From IMG/VR virus record IMGVR_UViG_3300031718_000007, positions 1,789-65,788 of that record: DNA of 64,000 nucleotides. One strand, 5' to 3'. Position numbers and translations under genes: made by a program. Source of the stretch: a virus. Taxonomy: Duplodnaviria; Caudoviricetes. This document shows, piece by piece, positions 39,028 through 47,349 of this stretch (positions within the stretch are counted from its first letter, which is position 1; every line of letters starts with the position of its first letter). The notes below the pieces were generated by a model. It made no database searches, was not told the origin of the DNA, and worked only from the letters and a program-made list of their open reading frames with translations.

Positions 39028-39486
39028 TTAAGAAATTGCTTTTCCCTCGGGCGCGCACTGCATGGAGAGGGTCAGCACCTTCATCGCCTGCCGCCGAATT
39101 GCCATAATTTCGTCCACTAGCTTCTGCTGGGTCTCGTCAATGTTCGGGGTCTCCTGGCCGGCCTCGTTGAGCCGTGTCTTGTAGAGCGTGCAGTCTTCTA
39201 GCTTGGCGAGGGCCGCGTGCATCTTGGTGCAGCGCTTCAGCGCCTCATGGAATTCTTCATCTATGTATTTGCGCCGGTAGGCGACGAACACCGTGGCATC
39301 CATCATGTCGAGCAGTGCTTGACTGTGAATTTCGCCACCGACATCAGGATCAAGACTATCGTGGAGCACGCCTTCCATCTGCATGAGATAGGCGTTCGCG
39401 ACGAGCGCTTCTTCCGTGGTGGGTGACTTAGGTGGGGAGGACGCCGAGGTCTGCGACGGCGGCTGGGCTTTTGGCTGCTTGGGCAT
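39028..39486 (-). CDS. hypothetical protein
   Basis: Start moved to MPKQPK with AGGAGG SD. Confidence 0.6.
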   Translation of the reverse strand: MPKQPKAQPPSQTSASSPPKSPTTEEALVANAYLMQMEGVLHDSLDPDVGGEIHSQALLDMMDATVFVAYRRKYIDEEFHEALKRCTKMHAALAKLEDCTLYKTRLNEAGQETPNIDETQQKLVDEIMAIRRQAMKVLTLSMQCAPEGKAIS

Positions 39487-40087
39487 CTGCGCCTCCTGGC
39501 ACTCCGTGTTCAGCGAGCACGGCCAGAATAGCAGCCTTGACGGGCGGGTCAATGTAATATCCGCCAGACCAGACGGTTTTGATGCAGCCAGCAAATTTCG
39601 CGTCAAAGTCCTTCATCTTTTTGCGCAGTTTGCAGATCATCACGTCGACCATCTTCGGATCGGTGGCCTCGGTCTTGTTCGGCCGCTGCTGGCGTTGCAG
39701 ACGCTGTTCCTCAATGATCCCGTGGAGCATGCCTTTGTCGGCGTGATCACAGCGGAGCAGCGCCGCCATGAACCCGGCTTCAAGCTTTGTCAGCTTCAGC
39801 GCGCGCTGTGCGACGAATTGCACATCGAGCGGTTTGCCTCTCACGTCGTACTGCGGCATGCGATCGGCGCGGCGCGTGCCCGGCGGCCAGTCGGCGCGCG
39901 GGACTTCGGCGATGGTTCCCATGGAGTGCAGATAGTTCAGCACCACGTAGACTTCGCCAATGTCGTGAAGGAAAATCCGTGAGATCGCCGCGACAGGAAT
40001 ACCCTCGTGCGCGGCCCGGCCAATGGGGGCGTGTAACTCCGCGGGGACGGCGTCGATTTCATCTGGGTTGGGGGCCAGCATATTCAT
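39428..40087 (-). CDS. transcriptional regulator with CtrA-like OmpR/PhoB winged-helix domain and no receiver domain
   Basis: LTKLE...KMVDVMICKLRKK...IKTVWSGGY. Confidence 0.8.
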   Translation of the reverse strand: MNMLAPNPDEIDAVPAELHAPIGRAAHEGIPVAAISRIFLHDIGEVYVVLNYLHSMGTIAEVPRADWPPGTRRADRMPQYDVRGKPLDVQFVAQRALKLTKLEAGFMAALLRCDHADKGMLHGIIEEQRLQRQQRPNKTEATDPKMVDVMICKLRKKMKDFDAKFAGCIKTVWSGGYYIDPPVKAAILAVLAEHGVPGGADAQAAKSPAAVADLGVLPT

Positions 40088-40220
40088 GCTGACACCTTTT
40101 CTGTCGCCGGTAAACGATTGGTAAACAGGTGGGTGCGCGGGCCGAACCCCCATGTTCTGCGCGGCCCTCCATCAAAGGCCGTAAGCACCGCGCACCCATT
40201 TCCCGCATACTGCAAACACA

Positions 40221-40904
40221 TTAAGACACCGTGTGCGTGATCAGTGAATTCAGCACAGGCGGTTCGAGCGGCGTTGAGAAGAACGAGAACACGCCGGTAT
40301 TACCGGATGGCTTTTTGCGATTGAAATCAGGCGATACGCTCGCCTGCACGCCAAAGAACGTGTCATCCGGATACGTGAAGTGCAGATCGTTCTGCGGCAG
40401 GCCGGCGCCACGGAAGTCATGATAAAGCTGTCCGCCGGTGCCATCCGTGGCCGTGGCGTCGATCCCTGACTGACCGGTGGTCGGCGACACCGGGCTTTTG
40501 ACCGTCACGGTGCCGTTCGTGAAGTGCCCGATCGCGACGAAACTGCCCCACAACGCGACCGGGCCGCCGAGGTCGACGTTGGCCATGTCAATCAGACCGG
40601 CAAAGTTCTCGGCCGTGTCGTAGAGGTTCAGGATGCACCCGCCGGATTTGATCTGCTGCAGGGCAAGCGAGATTGAGACAGTTCCCAGGCCGTAGCCGAA
40701 ACTTTTGAATGCCTGATTTGTCGGGTCTTCCAGGGCGGAAAGCTGTGCGATAGCAGTTTCCAGCGGCGGATTTCCGCCGAGCACAGTCAGCGTGTAGGTA
40801 ATATCGTAGGAGAGAAATCCGCCTGGAAACGGCCCCGTCGAACCTGTCCCCGGAAAGTGTATCGCCTTTAACTGCTGGAACGGACTGAAGGGACCATACG
40901 GCAT
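40221..40904 (-). CDS. hypothetical beta-rich protein
   Basis: 227-aa Gly/Thr/Phe-rich ORF. Confidence 0.55.
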   Translation of the reverse strand: MPYGPFSPFQQLKAIHFPGTGSTGPFPGGFLSYDITYTLTVLGGNPPLETAIAQLSALEDPTNQAFKSFGYGLGTVSISLALQQIKSGGCILNLYDTAENFAGLIDMANVDLGGPVALWGSFVAIGHFTNGTVTVKSPVSPTTGQSGIDATATDGTGGQLYHDFRGAGLPQNDLHFTYPDDTFFGVQASVSPDFNRKKPSGNTGVFSFFSTPLEPPVLNSLITHTVS

Positions 40905-41004
40905 GGGGGTTCTCTATTGGTTGCCCCCGGGTGGAGTATGAAGCACCCGGGGGCTCTCCCTCACTAGCCCGGAGCAGGCTACCGCATCCTGCGGCCGAGG
41001 GATA

Positions 41005-41463
41005 TTAACACGGGTTAAGCCAGCCAAATTTCACGATGTCGTCGGCGCCAACCAGGATCGGTTCCGGGGTGATGGTCTGCAGGGCGAGCCACCTTTGCAC
41101 GATGGCCGGATAGAACCGCCGCATAAAGGACTTGGTGATGATCATGTTCGGCACGCCGCTAATGCTGGCCTCATGGAAACCTAAGATCGCAGTAGGCTCG
41201 ACGCAGACTTGGTCCTTGGGAAGCGAGAGCACTAGCGTGCAGGCGCTGATACAGACACCGCGGAGGATCACCGGCACATGGCTGGCGCGAATGGCACCGT
41301 AGAAATACGCGAACGTGTCGACGACCCCACCTGGGTTGTCGTCAATGATGATCGGCTGGATCGTCGGCAGGGGGTGCGGCAGCGCTTCCTGGGCGCGAAC
41401 CGCCATACTGCAGGAGCTAGCGATCATCGCACCGACGATCATGCCGAACAGGAATTTCAGCAT
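41005..41463 (-). CDS. secreted ClpP/crotonase-fold protein
   Basis: Signal peptide; DNPGG, G.CISACT and LGFH motifs. Confidence 0.7.
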   Translation of the reverse strand: MLKFLFGMIVGAMIASSCSMAVRAQEALPHPLPTIQPIIIDDNPGGVVDTFAYFYGAIRASHVPVILRGVCISACTLVLSLPKDQVCVEPTAILGFHEASISGVPNMIITKSFMRRFYPAIVQRWLALQTITPEPILVGADDIVKFGWLNPC

Positions 41464-41468
41464 GGCCG

Positions 41469-41699
41469 TTACTCTGGCGTCACGGGCGGCCGCGGCATCT
41501 TCGTAAGATCGAAGCAGATCATGTCGGCCAGCACGACCGGCTTGTCGGCGATCTGCGGAAGAATAGCCTCGCGTTGCTTGGCCATGTCGGCTTGGCACGC
41601 CTCAATCGTGGCATAGTGTCCTTTGTCGCCGGCAAGATCGTCGACAACGACAACCGGGCCATTAAGCCCGATCAGTACCAGCAGGAGCAGAACGTTCAT
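41469..41699 (-). CDS. small exported protein with two Cys
   Basis: Hydrophobic N-terminus, Y.T.EAC...C; GGGAGG SD. Confidence 0.55.
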   Translation of the reverse strand: MNVLLLLVLIGLNGPVVVVDDLAGDKGHYATIEACQADMAKQREAILPQIADKPVVLADMICFDLTKMPRPPVTPE

Positions 41700-41946
41700 G
41701 GGAGCCTCCCTCATCATCATGGTCAGTGCGCGGCGTGCCATCGGCATGCCGGGTGATAGTCACGTTAGCCCACATGCCGAGGTCGCGCAACTGGCGAAAG
41801 ATGTAGGTCTTGTCGGCGCCGGGCGGCAGCGAAACATCCAGCACGCCGGCGAACATCGCGAACGCGTTGCGCACAGCGGCCATCTGCTCGATCTGCTTCT
41901 CGGTGGGCTTGAGATACTCGAACGTAGAAGGATGCACCTGTGACAT
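41662..41946 (-). CDS. Acb2/Tad1-like helical-hairpin protein (putative nucleotide-signal sponge)
   Basis: F.Y..PT..Q......R...P.G.DK......L....MWAN..I.R pattern. Confidence 0.65.
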   Translation of the reverse strand: MSQVHPSTFEYLKPTEKQIEQMAAVRNAFAMFAGVLDVSLPPGADKTYIFRQLRDLGMWANVTITRHADGTPRTDHDDEGGSHERSAPAGTDRA

Positions 41947-42029
41947 GGGGGTCCACTCTCCGGTTTTCAGGTTAAAGTGCCGCTGGAACATTTCCGCCTC
42001 CCGCTTGCGCTCGACTGCGCAGTTCTGCG

Positions 42030-42287
42030 TTAGGACGGTGCTGTATAGCCGTTCACGTAAATGGTTGGCAACCCTTTTGTTGAACTCGACGCTGCCATGA
42101 ACACCGGGATAGAATTCGTTTTATCTTTAGAGGCTTGCGAGGCAGTGACTTGCAGATACTCTTTCCAGTGCATCTTGGCGTCCGCCTGCTGCGACGCGCT
42201 CACGTTCACCGTGCGCAGGAAATGCGTCAGCTTCGCGTTGTACGCGATGATCCGGCAGGTGGGCCTATGGTCGACGGGTGTTGCCAT
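42030..42287 (-). CDS. hypothetical protein
   Basis: 85-aa ORF in the accessory gene chain. Confidence 0.5.
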   Translation of the reverse strand: MATPVDHRPTCRIIAYNAKLTHFLRTVNVSASQQADAKMHWKEYLQVTASQASKDKTNSIPVFMAASSSTKGLPTIYVNGYTAPS

Positions 42288-42317
42288 TGTGCTTGTCCAG
42301 GATGACAAGGTAACACG

Positions 42318-42479
42318 TTACAGTGAATGTAACGTTTCCATGAAGCGCCGGAACGTCCGCAGCGACTGAGCGGCGAACCAGCGGATTGGACACATATGCA
42401 CAATGCCGCGCTCTTTGAGCACCCACCACACGGGCGCTGCAAGCACTACCGGCATGCCGGCCCACAGCCAGATGTTCAT
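42318..42479 (-). CDS. 53-aa membrane peptide (not in ORF track)
   Basis: MNIWLWAGMPVVLAAPVWWVLK...; ATGA overlap with the upstream gene; its stop lies inside a palindrome copy. Confidence 0.5.
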   Translation of the reverse strand: MNIWLWAGMPVVLAAPVWWVLKERGIVHMCPIRWFAAQSLRTFRRFMETLHSL

Positions 42480-42697
42480 AGCCCTGTCTCCCTGATCGGC
42501 TTATGCGCTTTCAAGGTATCATCGTATGCGGATACAAAGATGCCGGCCATCATGCGCATATCGAGATCAGTCAGTTCGTCCGCGGGTGCGACCATCAGCC
42601 AGCCGGCAGGGGTGTCGATCCGTGCCACCTTCAGACCTTGAGGGCTGGTGCCGCGCTCGATCGGCCATGTCTGCATGTCGCTGTCACGGGGCTGCAT
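42476..42697 (-). CDS. hypothetical protein
   Basis: 73 aa, fits the gene chain. Confidence 0.5.
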   Translation of the reverse strand: MQPRDSDMQTWPIERGTSPQGLKVARIDTPAGWLMVAPADELTDLDMRMMAGIFVSAYDDTLKAHKPIRETGL

Positions 42698-42702
42698 GGG
42701 AT

Positions 42703-42858
42703 TTACTCGCAATCGCAGATGCGCTCGTGACCTGTATACTCGCAATGCCGCGGAACGCAACCGGCGCCGTGCGACGGCGACGCGCCTATGATATAGAAGA
42801 TTGCGCACCAGCCGACGATGGCCAGGATCAGGTAGAAGGGTTTCCGCCAGTCACGCAT
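42703..42858 (-). CDS. 51-aa secreted Cys-rich peptide (not in ORF track)
   Basis: MRDWRKPFYLILAIVGWCAIFYIIGASPSHGAGCVPRHCEYTGHERICDCE; GGAG SD. Confidence 0.55.
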   Translation of the reverse strand: MRDWRKPFYLILAIVGWCAIFYIIGASPSHGAGCVPRHCEYTGHERICDCE

Positions 42859-42888
42859 CGGGGTCTCCGTTTTGAGCGTGTTACCGTT

Positions 42889-43470
42889 TTACGTGGGCCC
42901 TATTAGGCTTTCAACTGGTGCCACCTTTGCACCTTCCGCCCACGGCTGTCCACTCCTACGATACTGGTGAGACCGTTCCAAGAGAAATTCGACGGACAAA
43001 CTGAACACTCCGCGGGCTCGAAGCTTGGCCGCGCGCTTTCGTAACGTGTGCGGCCCGCATTGAAGGGCCGCGGCGGCGGTAGCAGTTGATACTGGCGTGC
43101 CCTGCATGGTGTAGGTAAATAGACAGCTCTGTTTTGAGCGACGGTCGGTCGGGGTTATTGTGTTGAGCAGCTTTTCCCCGGCTTGGCGTTGCGCCCCCCT
43201 AATGTATGCTGCTTCAGCCTTCAGTAAGGCGTCACGGTCGGCCCCTGGGTATTCCTGCAGAATAATAAATTCCCAATCCACGGGATCAGTCATGGCATCC
43301 TTCATACGGGGGCTTTTGAATCCAATGCCAGACTGGGCGGCTACTTTCCATTCGGCCCAACGCTGTCGCAGATTTTTTGCTTGCCCGATGTAGACCTCGT
43401 CCGTCGGGATTTTTCGAAGCATGTACACGCCGGGGCCAGTCGGTGGTGCGGCCAATGTGAACCGATCCAT
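42889..43470 (-). CDS. GIY-YIG endonuclease
   Basis: GVY...VYIGQA.NL..R...E...LN; C-terminal HTH-like region. Confidence 0.8.
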   Translation of the reverse strand: MDRFTLAAPPTGPGVYMLRKIPTDEVYIGQAKNLRQRWAEWKVAAQSGIGFKSPRMKDAMTDPVDWEFIILQEYPGADRDALLKAEAAYIRGAQRQAGEKLLNTITPTDRRSKQSCLFTYTMQGTPVSTATAAAALQCGPHTLRKRAAKLRARGVFSLSVEFLLERSHQYRRSGQPWAEGAKVAPVESLIGPT

Positions 43471-43635
43471 GGAACTGTTTTATGTTTTAGCGTGTTACCT
43501 TGTCAAGGATTTCCTAATTGACATTAAGGAAAGATGAATGAGCCTTTTTGGGGTCCTACAGATTTTCGGGACACGCTTGTTCCGCGCGCGGCCGGCACGC
43601 CTGTCCAGCCTGGGGTGGGAGGGCAAACGCCGAAA

Positions 43636-43662
43636 GCCCCGCACGGTCACCCGTGCAGGGCA
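43636..43662 (-). terminator. putative intrinsic terminator
   Basis: GC-rich hairpin followed by TTTCGGCGTTT on the minus strand, downstream of 43756-44019. Confidence 0.45.
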
Positions 43663-43719
43663 AAAAGCTTAAAAGCTTTTTAGTCTAGCTAATCGGGGAG
43701 GGTGACCCTCCCAGATTAA

Positions 43720-43747
43720 CGGGTGCGCTGCACGTGCAGCGCACCCG
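43720..43747. repeat. perfect 28-bp palindrome
   Basis: CGGGTGCGCTGCAC followed directly by GTGCAGCGCACCCG. Confidence 0.9.
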
Positions 43748-43755
43748 AGCTAACA

Positions 43756-44019
43756 TCAAGCGGCCTTCGCGGCTTTCGCGGCATCCGTGATGGCATCGGC
43801 CGCAGCGTAGCAAGCTTCGACCGTTGCCTTGGCATCGAACACGCGGCGCCATTGCGAGGCGTAGAGCGAAACCGGGAAGCGCTGCAAACCGTAGATGCAG
43901 ATAGTTCCGGTTTCGGCTTTGACTTTGACCGTAAGCTTGCCCTGCGGCGCGCTCTGAAGCTTGGCGACCAGTGCGCGAAGTTCGTCGGCAGTCATCTTTG
44001 ATGTATCGATAGCAGACAT
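43756..44019 (-). CDS. conserved small protein (KV...G...YGL.RFPV.LY..QW family)
   Basis: Recognisable motif; GGAG SD before MSAID. Confidence 0.7.
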   Translation of the reverse strand: MSAIDTSKMTADELRALVAKLQSAPQGKLTVKVKAETGTICIYGLQRFPVSLYASQWRRVFDAKATVEACYAAADAITDAAKAAKAA

Positions 44020-44402
44020 GGGACTTGGCTCCGTTCGTTTCAGCACCGCACCATGCGGCGCTTGCTTCTGCGGCGGTGGCAGAAACCGCGTTTCAGTGCC
44101 TGTAACGTGAACGCTTGCAAAGCAAACCGTGATAGCGAGCAAAAGGTAAAACCCTAGGAATGTTTTCATAAGAACGCTAAAAACCACAGATACTGTGGCT
44201 AATTTATGGTGAGCCGTCACTACATTAAGGCGCTAAATGTCCTGTTAACCGACTTATTACCGTTTAAATGCCGGAGAAAATTTACGGTAATTAAGAAATC
44301 GTAACAGCTTGATAACGCTAGAGAATTTTATACTTAATTTTTATTACCTTAAAACCAGTCGATTTTGAACGTGTGAGATTAGGAAAATCAGTTTTACCTT
44401 GT

Positions 44403-44563
44403 GTAGTTACGTAGAACGCGTAGTTACGTAGTTACGCACGAGATCGGCAGGGGGTTTTCCGTTCCGTCACTACGTAACTACGCTAGGCGTTTGTATTTAC
44501 GGCATTGGACTATCTTCTTCTTATTTCTATATATTTAACGTAACTACGTAACTACGTAACTAC
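44403..44563. repeat. inverted arrays of 8-bp iterons GTAGTTAC / GTAACTAC in the AT-rich divergent region (origin or control region candidate)
   Basis: GTAGTTAC at 44403, 44420, 44428; GTAACTAC at 44474, 44540, 44548, 44556, plus degenerate copies. Confidence 0.8.
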
Positions 44564-44570
44564 AAAAGGG

Positions 44571-44599
44571 TTGACTAGCTATAGTTCTCATGCTAAAGA
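44571..44599 (+). promoter_or_regulatory. putative sigma70 early promoter
   Basis: TTGACT-17 nt-TAAAGA with extended TGn, upstream of AGGAGG and the first rightward gene. Confidence 0.5.
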
Positions 44600-44643
44600 T
44601 CGTCGCATTAAGGTTTTAAGGTAATAAGGTACAGGAGGTTGCA

Positions 44644-44955
44644 ATGCCCCACCGTACAACTCCGCCCCTCACCCCGCGTGAAAGGATGCAACGCTACCAT
44701 GCTAAGCACCCTGAAAAGAAAGAACAATTCCGGTTGGCAATGCGCGCCAAGCGAGCCGCAGAGCGGCAAAAGCGCGATGCCGAACGCCTCGCAATCCAAT
44801 TACCAGACCAAAACGAGCTACCTCCGGACGTTTTGGAGCGCATCGCGGCAATTACCAAGCGACCCAAAATTGTCACGGGTCTGGCACAGGATGATATTCC
44901 TACTAAGGCAGGCTGCGCAGCGCAAGCTGCGCAAATCCAAGGTAGCAAGGTATGA
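44644..44955 (+). CDS. basic early protein
   Basis: AGGAGG SD; first gene of the right arm. Confidence 0.6.
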   Translation: MPHRTTPPLTPRERMQRYHAKHPEKKEQFRLAMRAKRAAERQKRDAERLAIQLPDQNELPPDVLERIAAITKRPKIVTGLAQDDIPTKAGCAAQAAQIQGSKV

Positions 44956-45110
44956 GGGTTTCGCGCGCGCGATGGCATATCCGTAGCTCGTATTGACCTG
45001 ATATGGCTTGTATGCGCTCCACCTTTATACCGCGGCGCGACCACCGCCGCAAACGCGAGCGCCGACCGCACCGGCCGGTGCCGAGAGCCACAAACGCATA
45101 GGAGCCACCA

Positions 45111-45491
45111 ATGCGCACAGTGATTATCAAAGGCTCGATCTTCCGGGCCATGCTCGCCGCCAATCGCCGCAGCATCGTGCTGCACGATATCCAGGCGCAT
45201 CCCAAGTTCAACGAGGTCATCGCCCGCGTCGACAACGAGTGCTTGCCTGAGCTAGTCCAGTGGTTCACAGAGCCCCTGCCGCAGGATGAAAGTCAGCCAG
45301 CCCCAGCCGGTACGCTGATGTTCTACAGCGAAACTCGCGACTTTGGCGCCAAGCCGGACTGCGAAGCACTCGATCGGCATGTGATCGAAGTCATACACGA
45401 CGAGGTCAAGGACGTTACATTCGCTGTAACGCCGACACCCTTCGAGCGCGTATGGTCGCAGACCGGCCAGCAAGCGCAGCGGAGGGCCTGA
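45111..45491 (+). CDS. hypothetical early protein
   Basis: AGGAG SD, 126 aa. Confidence 0.6.
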   Translation: MRTVIIKGSIFRAMLAANRRSIVLHDIQAHPKFNEVIARVDNECLPELVQWFTEPLPQDESQPAPAGTLMFYSETRDFGAKPDCEALDRHVIEVIHDEVKDVTFAVTPTPFERVWSQTGQQAQRRA

Positions 45492-45494
45492 GCC

Positions 45495-45728
45495 ATGAAA
45501 ACGTTCAACGTGACACTGACCCGGACTGCGTATGAGAACGTTGTTCTGGAAGTTAAGGCATCTAGCCTTGGGGCTGCTGAGGATAAGATCAACCAAGTGT
45601 TGGACGGGCCTACTCGGGTGAGCATTGACACGCTGTGCGAACTGCGTGGCGTGCGATACCTGACCACGGACTTAAATGGCGATGACGAGAGTTCATGGGA
45701 AATTCTAGACACTGAGGAAGCACCATGA
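45495..45728 (+). CDS. acidic hypothetical protein
   Basis: GGAGG SD; part of the coupled gene chain. Confidence 0.6.
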   Translation: MKTFNVTLTRTAYENVVLEVKASSLGAAEDKINQVLDGPTRVSIDTLCELRGVRYLTTDLNGDDESSWEILDTEEAP

Positions 45729-45913
45729 GCCCGAGAGCATACCGAGACGCAAACGGCGAATGGGCTTGGGAAAACGAACCACGCCCAAAAACGATGGATG
45801 AGTTTATCCAGCGTGAAATGGAGCACCGTCAGTGGGCTGGCTGGTATCGCCTTATCAGCGAACACATGACGCGTTTTCGTGAAGCGCTGTGCTTTGCGGA
45901 GAACGAGCTATGA
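45725..45913 (+). CDS. hypothetical protein
   Basis: ATGA overlaps at both ends. Confidence 0.55.
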   Translation: MSPRAYRDANGEWAWENEPRPKTMDEFIQREMEHRQWAGWYRLISEHMTRFREALCFAENEL

Positions 45914-46059
45914 CATACGCGATCATCGTAGCCGCGTTGCTGTTCGCCTATGCGTTTGCGTTCATGCGCGGATACAAGCGCGGCTACGAGTTCGCACGTT
46001 CGCTGGTCGGCAGAGACAAGCTGCCGCCTTACGACAAGCTGCATGAGGAACTGCCATGA
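45910..46059 (+). CDS. 49-aa membrane peptide (not in ORF track)
   Basis: MTYAIIVAALLFAYAFAFMRGYKRGY...; ATGA overlaps at both ends. Confidence 0.55.
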   Translation: MTYAIIVAALLFAYAFAFMRGYKRGYEFARSLVGRDKLPPYDKLHEELP

Positions 46060-46253
46060 CAACGTTGCAAGGGTTCAAGGCTGCACTCAAGCACCATGAT
46101 GTGTGCGAAGCGGGCAAGCATTGGGGCAGCGAAACTGCGGTGAGGCGCGCGCTGTTTGCGGCATGGTGGTACATCGAAAACGTGCCGGCAGACGATAAGT
46201 CCAATGAGCGGATATTCTTCAAAGTTCGTGAGCTAACGAGGAACGCGCTATGA
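46056..46253 (+). CDS. hypothetical protein
   Basis: GAGGA SD, ATGA coupling. Confidence 0.55.
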   Translation: MTTLQGFKAALKHHDVCEAGKHWGSETAVRRALFAAWWYIENVPADDKSNERIFFKVRELTRNAL

Positions 46254-46373
46254 GCGACGAAGCGCTGTTAGAGCTAGCGTATATCGAACGCTGCGCGCTT
46301 GAAGCAATTCGCGCGAAGCAAGCGGCTGAGCAATATGGGGAAATCTTTGAAACGGCAACAGAGGACCGGAGCC

Positions 46374-46994
46374 ATGACCACGCTTTACAAACTTACTAAC
46401 TGCAAGCACCAAACATACAATGGTTGCCAGTGGGGCGAGAACGTAACTCATATGGCCTCTGGCGGCGATATGCCGCTCTGCACAGAGAATTGGCTGCATG
46501 CCTATACGCATCCCGTACTTGCATTGCTTCTTAATCCTATCCATGCACGTACATATGAGCCAGTTTTGTGGATATGCGAGGGCAGGGTAGGGAAAACGGA
46601 CCACGGCCTTAAAGTTGGCTGCACGTCGCTGACCACACTGCGCACCATGCCTTTGCCAGTGATCACGGCGGTAAACCGGATAGCGTTTGCCATTGGCTGT
46701 GCCGCTAACGTCTATCACAATTCGCACTGGACTAACTGGGCACGAAATTGGATTTTGAATAACGACCGCAATGCTTATGCTGCTGCTGATGCTGCTGATG
46801 CTGCTTATGCTGCTGATGCTGCTGCTTATGCTGCTGCTGATGCTGCTAATGCTGCTGCTTATGCTGATGCTGCTGCTTATGCTGCTGCTGATGCTGATGC
46901 TGCTAATGCTGCTGCTTATGCTGCTGCTGATGCTGCTTATGCTGCTGAGTTGCCTTTAGGCGCATTGGCAGAGTGGGCGATGACCATCAAATGA
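46374..46994 (+). CDS. hypothetical protein with AAYAA/AADAA repeat
   Basis: YKLT...LC..WLHAY domain followed by an Ala-rich repeat; GGAG SD. Confidence 0.7.
   Translation: MTTLYKLTNCKHQTYNGCQWGENVTHMASGGDMPLCTENWLHAYTHPVLALLLNPIHARTYEPVLWICEGRVGKTDHGLKVGCTSLTTLRTMPLPVITAVNRIAFAIGCAANVYHNSHWTNWARNWILNNDRNAYAAADAADAAYAADAAAYAAADAANAAAYADAAAYAAADADAANAAAYAAADAAYAAELPLGALAEWAMTIK
46771..46947 (+). repeat. trinucleotide-phase tandem repeat (GCT with GAT/TAT/AAT)
   Basis: Directly visible; every codon ends in T. Confidence 0.9.
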
Positions 46995-47079
46995 TGCAGA
47001 TTGAGATCATCGCTTGGATATCCGTTGCGCTGCTGGCGCTTGCGCTGGTAGCGATCACGTTTCTGCATGGAGTAGTGCT

Positions 47080-47349
47080 ATGAGCAAGCTGCGCACTAAT
47101 TTGCCCCCGCCCTGGGTGACGTTGAGCGACGAGCGGTCTCCCAACGCATGGTCACGGCGTACCTACGAAATGGTCGCTGAGGTCATTCGCAAGGTGCGAA
47201 GGTATGACGATGGCGAGGTTGAAGGCGCGGCGAGCGAGAATGAGCGCGTTAGGCTTATCGTCGCAAAGTTGTTTGCAGACCAGTTCGAAGCTGATAATGC
47301 TCAGTTCGATCGCTCACGCTTTCTGAAAGCATGCAACAATGCACGATGA
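47080..47349 (+). CDS. hypothetical protein
   Basis: C-terminal F..DN..FD..RFL.AC motif common in small phage proteins. Confidence 0.6.
   Translation: MSKLRTNLPPPWVTLSDERSPNAWSRRTYEMVAEVIRKVRRYDDGEVEGAASENERVRLIVAKLFADQFEADNAQFDRSRFLKACNNAR

Noticed and set aside
40923-40954. 11-bp intergenic hairpin as a terminator
   Set aside because: Real stem but no U-tract on either strand; function not assignable
44403-44563. Iteron arrays as a mini-CRISPR
   Set aside because: Units are 8 bp and mostly contiguous, with no spacer structure
46771-46959. MLMLLL hydrophobic ORF
   Set aside because: Alternative frame of the GCT repeat
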